From Eledone cirrhosa (Eukaryota): DNA of 64,000 nucleotides. A model generated the notes under the pieces. The model ran no database searches, was not told where the DNA came from, and saw only the letters and a program-made list of their open reading frames with translations. How positions within the stretch are numbered: position 1 is the first letter of the stretch; every line of letters begins with the position of its first letter. The stretch is taken from assembly GCA_964016885.1 (NCBI GenBank), contig OZ024740.1, forward strand, positions 203,360,001 to 203,424,000. The letters are read 5' to 3'. Both the position numbers and the translations under genes were made by a program. This document shows positions 53,508 to 64,000 of the stretch, piece by piece.

Positions 53508-53675
53508 TCACGGAGGTTTAAATCTTATGAATTTAGTGGCGATCCTGTGTCTGCAGAAGATAGATCTTTCTAACTTGTTAAGTAACCTTTTTACATTTCT
53601 AAGGATATACAGTAGTTCTAGATCACATAGCCTACAGTGGGATATACCTGACGGCCGTAAATTCCCAGAACAATG
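53508..53675 (-). pseudogene. PLE GIY-YIG C-terminal remnant
   Basis: CRLCDLELLYILRNVKRLLNKLERSIFCRH matches CRLCSQELFEIMKSKDILLNKRQELIISCNH of the intact ORF. Confidence 0.7.
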
Positions 53676-54179
53676 TGTCCGTGGACGGAGTACCACGTCA
53701 TGTCCTGGATGTCCGTAGAATCACTGAGTCAACGGACTCCGAGGAAGAGGAAACCCAAAGAGCCGCCCGAACACTGCGGAGATCGCAGAGAAGTCGCAAA
53801 CCACCAACCTCGACAGCAGACTTTCATATGCAGCAGGACGAGGGGGAAATTGATCCTTGAGATCAGGGGGGGGGGGGGGTATGGGGGGGGTGGCCGGAAG
53901 CGGGGGAGTGCTCGACCGGAAGGGTGCTTGGTCGGAAGGGTGCTCGACCGGAAGGGCCAGCAGATCGGCCTCTCTCTAGTGGTGACCAGCAACGGTGTGG
54001 ACGGGAGTTTTGGCAGCTCCCGGTGTTAATGAGTTGGACGCACGTGGGAGAGGAGAAACCAGCAGTGGGATTTAGCGGCGCCTATGAAAAGCGGTAAGTG
54101 GGATAACTTTTTCTAACCACATGTTTATCCCGGGTTCAATCGGGGTAACCACAGTAAGTAAATAAGATACTCAATACAT

Positions 54180-55751
<1,572 letters not shown>

Positions 55752-56190
55752 CATCCTCGATATTGTACAACTGTATGTGCAAGACATGGTCACCTGACCT
55801 AGCATTGCCCACAACAAGACAATATGTCTAACCCATGCTATCATGGAAAAATTGACATAAAACGGTGATGATGATGATGTTAGCTATATTGTTTAAAGGT
55901 GGCTTAAATGTTTGATTTCAATACTCAGAGCATTTTCATCTCCCTCTCTTCACTCTATGTGTGTGAACCTGAAATTGTAGGGGCACTGTAGTGACATAGT
56001 GTAACTTGGACACTATAAATCTGCTGAAACCCATCCCCTTTCCAGGCATGTGTGTATATATACAGGATGACAGGATGTACAGTATATACACTTCAACAGT
56101 ATTCTAATCAATTTGTGAGTGTATATATATATATATATATATATAGTGACGAAACATAAGTCAATTGCATGAACTCATAATCCTTTATTT

Positions 56191-56246
56191 ACTGCTATAT
56201 ATATTTCGATGATAGCCAGTGAATGGCTATGACCTCATCAGGCAGT
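56191..56246 (-). ncRNA. Type I hammerhead ribozyme
   Basis: Minus strand: ACTGC-CTGATGA-GGTCATAGCCA-TTCAC-TGGCTATCATC-GAAA-TATATATA-GCAGT, then AATAAA, with (TA)n ~45 nt downstream. The element extends to ~56880, with an internal hairpin at 56700-56797. Confidence 0.8.
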
Positions 56247-56879
56247 TAGTCAGTTCTTAGATATGCCAGCTCTGTGTTTATAGTCTTGATGGTATCAGAG
56301 CCTTGGGACATATGAGCTTGTTAGGAATAATTTAATGTTGTCAGCAAGAATAGTTTTAATTCTCATTGGTCAGTTTGTAGATGCTAGTAGGGTTGGTATT
56401 TGACCTCAAAGATGGAGGTGGTGTTGTAAAGTTCAAACCGTCAGGCAAGATGACAATAGTTCCATATGACTGATTTTCACAAAAAGCATTCCTGGTCAGA
56501 TATATATTCAATTAAGGTTAATAGTATGAAATAGATACTACAAGTCATTCTTAAATTGAGTGTGGAGTGGTGCTACTGAAAATTATGGTCAGAGTAGAAA
56601 ATTTACAAATAAAAATACACACATCCACACATACAAATTGAGGAATTAATGTGGGGTGGTAATACTTAAAATAATGGTTAGAGTCAAATACTTAGATAGT
56701 TTAGAAATAAAAGGCTTATGTTGGTTGACTTGTACATACGTATGGATTTGTGTGTGTGTATGTACAAGTCAACCAACATAAGCCTTTTATTTCTAAATTT
56801 TCTAAACTATGCTATTTGGCAGAGGAAATGGAGTATATATTTTGTTTATCTAATAATTCTGTAGACATGATTTATAATA

Positions 56880-56912
<33 letters not shown>

Positions 56913-56919
<7 letters not shown>

Positions 56920-57265
56920 GTGAGGTTTTTTTTACAAAATGAAAAATAACCGAGGTGTCCTACACGAGTGGAAGTATAAAGAAAAAGGGATGAAATCGAA
57001 AATGCAACTGAAGTCTTATTTTTTTTAAAAATATATATATTTATTTGGTTCCTTTACCGGTTTCGCAGTTCTTCTGCTTTTCAAAAGGTGAGTTGAGATG
57101 GAGGGTCTGTGGTTTTTCTCACATGTGAGAAAAACCACAGACCCTCCATCTCAACTCACCTTTTGAAAAGCAGAAGAACTGCGAAACCGGTAAAGGAACC
57201 AAATAAATATATATATTTTTTAAAAAAATAAGACTTCAGTTGCATTTTCGATTTCATCCCTTTTT

Positions 57266-57272
<7 letters not shown>
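56913..57272. mobile_element. Perfect 298-bp palindrome (56975-57272, centre 57123/57124) plus tail 56913-56974, between (TA)n tracts
   Basis: Zero-spacer palindrome ...TTCTCACATGTGAGAA..., with a hammerhead-like motif in each arm. Confidence 0.88.
57159..57196 (+). ncRNA. Hammerhead ribozyme, U3-A8 core variant (mirror copy 57051-57088 minus)
   Basis: CCTT-TTGAAAA-GCAG-AAGAA-CTGC-GAAAC-CG-GTA-AAGG. All three stems are intact and the core is UUGAAAA instead of CUGANGA. Confidence 0.7.
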
Positions 57273-57346
<74 letters not shown>

Positions 57347-57476
57347 ATATATATAAAATATATATATATATATAAAATATACATACATATAAAATACACA
57401 CATATATAAAATATACATACATATATATATATAAAATACACATATACATATATATATATATAAAACATATATATAT

Positions 57477-58153
57477 ATAAAAACAAATAACGAAACGAAA
57501 TTAAATTTCGTTTCGCTTCTAACTCACTTTTGTATGACTGACGCTTAAACAATTAAGTTAAAGTGTACATCTACATATGTATACGGAAGTATTAGTATGC
57601 ATATAAATACACACATGTATACATATGTACATGTACTCAGCTTTTCACTAGACACTTTACAGTGAGTGTCAGCTAGTCTGTATGTAACCACACAGGCGGA
57701 CCGGGTTTTAGAGTCATACGAGTTTTCAAGGAAACACATTTCCTCTATTCTCCAGAGGGCCAGACAGGAATATTGGACTAGTTTCGATGTTATTACATCT
57801 CATCAGCAATATTTACCCATCTTCCGGCTTCTCTGGAGAATTGTAAAAGCACATATCGTTATATGCTTTTTCTATGAAAATTAGTAGTGGGTAGACTAAC
57901 TTGCATAGAACGTGAGTCATTGTACGCACCGGTTCAGCGGAAACGATAAAAACAAATAACGAAACAAAATTAAATTTCGTTTCGCTTCTAACTCACTTTT
58001 GTATGACTGACGCTTAAACAATTAAGTTAAAGTGTACATCTACATATGTATACGGAAGTATTAGTATGCATATAAATACACACATGTATACATATGTACA
58101 TGTACTCAGCTTTTCACTAGACACTTTACAGTGAGTGTCAGCTAGTCTGTATG
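57477..58153. repeat. 208-bp direct repeats (57477-57684, 57946-58153) enclosing a hammerhead
   Basis: Copies differ at one visible position. Confidence 0.9.
57748..57840 (-). ncRNA. Type I hammerhead ribozyme with long bulged stem I (core 57769-57813)
   Basis: Minus strand: AATATTG-CTGATGA-GATGT-AATA-ACATC-GAAAC-TA-GTC-CAATATT. Stem I extends through bulges to TTCTCCAGAG/CTCTGGAGAA. Confidence 0.92.
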
Positions 58154-58257
58154 AAGGACTATCGTCTGAAACGTTAAGACCCTCTTCCTGTTATATCAAG
58201 CGTTAACCTAATATATCCCTTCTATATACTGTTATTTCTGTTTACCTTTTACATACA

Positions 58258-58291
<34 letters not shown>

Positions 58292-60119
58292 AAGAGCGAG
58301 AGAGTGAGGGGGGGAGGGGCAGATGTATGGCCAATAGTCAGACAGATAGCTAGATAGACTGTATGAGTGTATGTGTGTGTCTGTACAAGTATGCATGTGT
58401 TCCAGTATGTGTATGTGTGTATGTACGTGTGTGTGTAATCTTCTGACAATATACACATGCAATAGATATACTTAAGAAAACAGAAACAATAGTTAGTATT
58501 AAATAACTCAATGGCATTTGACTGCAATCAGACTCATATACAACAAATAGAGGTATCATTATCACATTATGTCCTCCTTCGAAACTGGTATAAGCTTGCT
58601 CTTCTGTACATTTCCAACACCTATACACCCTCCCCCCCCCCCAACACATACACACATATATAATACATGCTAGCGGCCTCCCAGCCTTTGCCCCGGTCTG
58701 TACTGGGCTCAAATCTATTCATAAAGCACCTATTGTCATCCGTCATAATGTCCAATTTCCTTAGAATAAAAGATGTTAAAATGTATTGCATAACATAATT
58801 TTAAAAAAGTATTGAGAATGTATTGAGAATATCTAAATACAGAAAGTATTCAAGAAAATAATAGAAAACTGTATTCTACGAAAATTATAAAACATTTACA
58901 GAACTTCAGTATATACAATGATTTAAACTTTTTTCTATGAAGGGTTTGTGGGGTCTTCCTAGTCTGGAATAAGCTACATACAAGTGACCTTGTGAGAAAC
59001 AGCTCTCTTTTAGATGGAGACCAACAACCTGCAGTGTTTGACCGACCTTGGAGCTTGTTAACAGTCATTATGTAACTGACTCTAGCAGAGAAGATAGCCT
59101 TGTAGGCCTTATGACAAGATTCTTCATTTTTCATTATTGTCTATATCTCCCTAGCTTTTATTTCTTCCTCCACCATCCCCAGCCATATCTTTCTTGGTTT
59201 CCCCATTCTCTATTTCCCTCTACATATATTTCCATCACTTCTCTCACCCACGACTTTCCTTCCTTGTTACATTACCCAACCATCTCATTCCATTTCCCCC
59301 CACAGTGTTAATCACTGCTTCTATTCCCATCATCCTCAGCAATTCATTGTTTGTATTCCTCTCTCTCTCTCTCAATGATACCCCACTGATCCACCAAACA
59401 TTTCTCATTTCCATTCTTTCCAGCCTACTCTGTTGCTCCATTATTCAGCACACTTGTTTTGCTCCCATAAATCCTGGCACTTCTCATACATGTGGCATGC
59501 ACCTTTTCCTATAGTTTCAGCAACACTACCCTGATCCACCTTCTCCATTCAACATCTCTTTAAGGTAACAAAACATTTTCACACTTTGCTTTGAACATTT
59601 ATGTTTCTGGCTTAGATGCCATTGGCAATTGTCTTCTGCTCTAGCTTTAAGTTCACCAATGCCTTGTCAGTAGAATTTGATATTTTTTTGCATAACTTTA
59701 GTCTGTCATCACAGTACGAGTCAGTTCTTATTTGGAGCAACTGTCCTCTCAATCAGCTCAGAGAACCACATCTTGCTCATCTGTCATTTTTGGCATGCTT
59801 TCTATGTCAGGAAGCTCTTCCTAATGCCAATCTGTTTACAGAGTGTACTGGGTACATCTTATTTTAGCACCAGCACTAGAGAGGTTGTCAAATCCCCAAC
59901 ATGGCTTCACTACATTGTCTCCATTCCATTATCACCCAAGCATTTATCATAGCACCAAATGCAGAAGAGGAGTGGAGATAAAGTGTGGGTGTGATGGAGA
60001 GAACAGAGCCATAGGATGATAGGAGAAAGAGGAAGAGAAAAGAGACAGCTACATATTGGTATCTGGTAAGAGGTGTTATGAAATTCATTTAAATCAACCA
60101 ATCAGCTACCACCACATTA

Positions 60120-62860
60120 GTTGGTGCAGACTACATAGTTGTGTGTGAATCTCGCAACTCAAATTGCAAGTGTTCATAACTTTGTATTGTCAAGGAAGAT
60201 TAGAATAAAGCCTTGTAACTTTTTATATATATAACACTTCGGCCTTCTAACTATTGTGAATTAGTCATACTCAATTTATTCCAATCTTCTTTAACAATAC
60301 CATGGATGCTAAATTCTTCAAGACTCTCAGTGAAAATCTTACCAAGGAAGAATATCTCTACTGTAAGTGAATGCTCAAGATTCACATAGAAGAAAAAGCT
60401 GAAATATCGGAAGAGGATTAACTCTCAGTATTATTTGTTATGTGGCCACAAAGCTTTTGTTTACATTCAAGATTGTGTGAATTACAACCAAGCCATTACC
60501 ATACTAGATGACAAATTTAAGCAATCTACAGCCATAATGATGCATCACAAACTTTGAACGTGAAAACAAACGAAAGGTGAATCAGTTGACGATTTCATGA
60601 ATGAACTAAAACTTTTAGCAAGAAAATGTCCAATTGTACTATTGACTGCTGATCATCAACATGATATGATTGTTGGTGATACATTCTTTTCTGGATTATT
60701 ATCCCCATAAATATGGCAAAGACTATTAGAATCAACTGATGAATGGCTCTCACGCATTCATTACACTTGAGTTAACAATTAAAGATTCTAAAGGTTTTGG
60801 TAACACTGAATCACGTGTCAACTATGAAAATTAGCCTTCAGTTTCAGTGCAACCATCGATATCAGCTATCTGTAACAATACTTGCAAATGCTTCTTTTGT
60901 GGATGGCGAAGGTACGAATGCTCAAGCTGTCCTGCAAAAGATTCAATCTGCTACAACTGCCATAAGAAAGTGCATTAGAAATCTGTATGCTTAGCCAAAA
61001 AACAAATCAAAGTCTAAGCAGAAAATTGCAGCTTTACCACCCATAAATAACCCAGTTGAAGATGGTACTTCAGATTCAGATTCAATACTAGCTCCAGTTT
61101 GTGGCAGAGATAAATTAAATAAAACAAAATCACATATAAATGAACATGCTATCGAAATGCTTATTGACACAGGATCTGATCTCTCATTCATAGCTGAAGA
61201 AATGGCACTAACCTCAGTATCCAGCCTTATCAAAATAATATCTCTATGGCAGACAAATCAAAAGTTCACGTCTCCAGTAAAACACATTGTCAAATTACCT
61301 GTAACAATATACTATATTCAGCTAATTTATGTGATTAAATCTCTCATAGTGCCATTGATAAAAGGTGTGGATATTCTCCATGCTATCTCATATCTCATTA
61401 GTATCTTTTAAACTGGGGGAGGGGGGATCAAAGTTACCAGTATCCTACTGTCTCACTCTCTCTGTGATAACCTGCAAGAAATACATCATTCCGGGAGTAG
61501 ACATTAATAAACTGAAGCTGATTGTTACACCTTCTCGACGCATAATGACCGACTTATTTATAGCTAAAGAAATACATCGCCTACTTAATGATGGAATCAT
61601 AACTGAGAGTCAAAAGTCTTTGGCGTGCTCAGTGTTTTGTTGTACAAGGAAAGGAATCCTCCCCAAAAAGATTGGTAGTTGACTACTCTAAAACCAAAAA
61701 TCTTTATAGACCACTCGATTTAAATCCTCCTGCAAATATCAATCATATTTTAGCAATTAAACATTTTGGTTGTATACTGGTATTTAATGTTGGTGGCATA
61801 AAGCATCTAAAAAGATGATATAGATTTATAGGCTGTGTGTTTATGGTTTTAGTCCACATGGAAGGATCAAATCAGAAAGCACACGTTAAAATATGACAAA
61901 GGTTTATTTTCTTCCATAAATTAATATCATTTTCATCATCATTTCATTTGATTTTACGTTCGCTTTTTCCCTGCTTGCAAGGGTGGGACGGGAACTGATT
62001 CTGGCTTGATTTCTACAGCTGGATGCCCTTCCTAACACCAACCTCATTTACAGTGAGTGCTGGGTGCTTTTTTGCTGTGGAATGATAGGGACCCCACTCC
62101 CTATCATCTCATTTCTACAGCTGAGTAAACTGGAGCAATGTGAAATAAAGTGTCTTGCTCAAGGAAACAACACATCACCCGGTCTGAGAATTGAACTCTC
62201 AACCTTTCGATTGCAAGGCCAATGCTCTAACCACTAAGCCATGTGCCTCCATATAAGTACTAAAAGAGTGAAAAGCTGCTAGCATACTGCATAATTAAGT
62301 TGAACGAAAACTAAGTGTGTGAAATATAGGAAGAATGTTGCTGGGCCCTTGTCGAGAGGGCCAAAGTTTTTAGGTAAGTGCTACATCTTGCCAATTGTTC
62401 CAGGGAACGGCATTAGTAACTTCAAGAAAGCCGCAACTGATAGATAGAAGTGGAAAAAGGTGCGAAGCAACTGCTGAGCAGTAATCCACTTTGTTATTCA
62501 CACACCTCTGATCCCTAAGGACTGGCGAGTAACAAAGTACGACCAAATTATTCCACAGCTATGGAATAGTGCCATTGCTTGCTACAATATCCTCCAACAA
62601 GTGGGATGTAATAAAGTCTTTAGCAAGATTGATTTGAAGTCAGCACATCATCAAATTGAACTGAAAGAGATATGCCACTTACAGCGTTTGAAGCCTGTGG
62701 ACATTTATATCATTTTCATAGGTTATCTTTCGGGTGTAACAATGCAGTCTCCATTTTTCAACATACAATCAATGATTTTATTAGCTCTAATGCATTGAAC
62801 AAAACCTTCACATATCTCAACAACATAATTATTTGCAGAAAAGATTACCCAGAACATAGT
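60120..62860 (+). mobile_element. Heavily decayed Ty3/gypsy LTR retrotransposon (gag-protease-RT remnants)
   Basis: Protease MLIDTGSDLSFI (61157). RT FSKIDLKSAHHQI and TAFEACGHLYHFHRLSFGCNNAVSIFQ...TYLNNIIIC. Interrupted by insertions. Confidence 0.82.
61935..62250 (-). mobile_element. Full-length tRNA-derived SINE with RTE-like 3' tail
   Basis: Minus strand GGCACATGGCTTAGTGGTTAG (A-box)...GAGTTCAATTC (B-box), central TCCTTGAGCAAGACACTT, tail GGAAGGGCATCCAGCTGTAG...(ATG)n. Confidence 0.85.
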
Positions 62861-62864
62861 AAGA

Positions 62865-63690
62865 CAACTACATGAGAAGTTCTTAGCTAAGAGTAAGCCT
62901 CTATATCTAGCTTTTGTTGATCTAGAGAAAGCCTTTGACAGAGTACCCAATCAGTTATCTAGTGATCCTTAAAGAATCTAGGTGAAGAGTGGCTTGTAAG
63001 AACAGGAAGTGAGTTTAGTGAGGAATTTGAGGTACAGGTAGGAGTTCATCAGGGTTCAGTTCATAGCCCACTTCTGTTTATTCATAACAGAGGAGTTTAA
63101 GACTGGTTGCCCATGGGAACTTCTATGCAGGTCAATGATCTGGTCATCATAGCTGAATCTGTGGAAAAACTAGAGAATAAATTCCGGTTGTGGAAACAGA
63201 ACATAGAATCAAAAGGGCTGAGAATAAACTTAGCAAAAACCAAAATGCTAATGGTAAGAAAGATAAGCACTAATCTCATCAAAGAACGTGTAGAAAAGGA
63301 GTAGGCATAAAAGCTTTATGATGTACACAATGCTAATCTTGGATACACAAGAGGTGTAGTGGAACAACAGGCAAACTAACAAGAAAGGAAGACTTTATAT
63401 ATGGCTGTTCAGGGTCAATAATAATTAAAGAAAAAATAATATAAACTTTTTCTAATCCCAGGAAGTGAAGACAGAGGACATGCAAAGGCTGAAGAGAAGT
63501 GAGGCAAGTATGCTTGGATGGATGTGCAATGTTAATGTGTAAGAATGACAAAGCATGGATGAATTGAGAGAGTAACTAGGTATAAGAGGAATCAATTGTA
63601 ATGTGCAGGAGAGGAAACTGCATTGCTATTGTGATGTGCATGATGATGATTGGGTGAAGAAGTGCAAAGTAATCCCAGTGGCAGGAAACT
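62865..63690 (+). mobile_element. RTE-clade LINE RT fragment
   Basis: PLYLAFVDLEKAFDRVP, VGVHQGSVHSPLLF and DLVIIAES...GLRINLAKTK. Same family as 24440-25400. Confidence 0.88.
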
Positions 63691-64000
63691 GCTTTACTGA
63701 TAGGGCCCCATTCCTTTCATGAAAAGCAATATGAAATAAAATATGCTCCAGAGCACAAGATGCTGCCCAGACCAGGATGATCATGCCCCTAACATCCTAA
63801 CAACTATGCCATGTGCCTTCTCCGTCAGATTAGCCTATAGTGTTGAAAATACATTCTTTAAAATTAAAATAACAAAAATAAAAAACCAGCCAAATTAATG
63901 TAAAATTTATTTTATTTTGTTATTAACATGAAACACTAATACCCAAGTTCTAGTGTCTCTCAACCAAATAGTTAGGCTTCTACAATTCCTTCAAGAATTA

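Overview
AT-rich, microsatellite-laden animal genomic DNA. It is most likely a coleoid cephalopod/octopus, inferred from the SINE families and not proven. It contains one intact host gene, a 5-coding-exon ZDHHC23-type palmitoyltransferase on the minus strand (16525->4786, 403 aa after splicing, all junctions GT-AG and in frame). The rest is mobile DNA: tRNA-derived SINEs, RTE, R4/Dong and CRE LINE remnants, a Buster-type hAT remnant, a small Helitron and a Ty3/gypsy remnant. The dominant feature is a dense population of Penelope-like elements (PLEs) that sit in (TA)n tracts. They are mostly built as long fold-back inverted repeats with a 'tail' on one arm only, and they carry about 20 type-I hammerhead ribozyme motifs from about 10 distinct sequence families. 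These include hammerheads with stem II up to ~116 nt, a U3-A8 core variant, a nested 12-kb palindrome holding a 541-aa RT/GIY-YIG ORF, and one ribozyme-bearing inverted repeat 20 nt past the ZDHHC23 stop codon. Most ORFs in the supplied track are microsatellite artefacts. All structures and coordinates were read by eye and nothing was computed.
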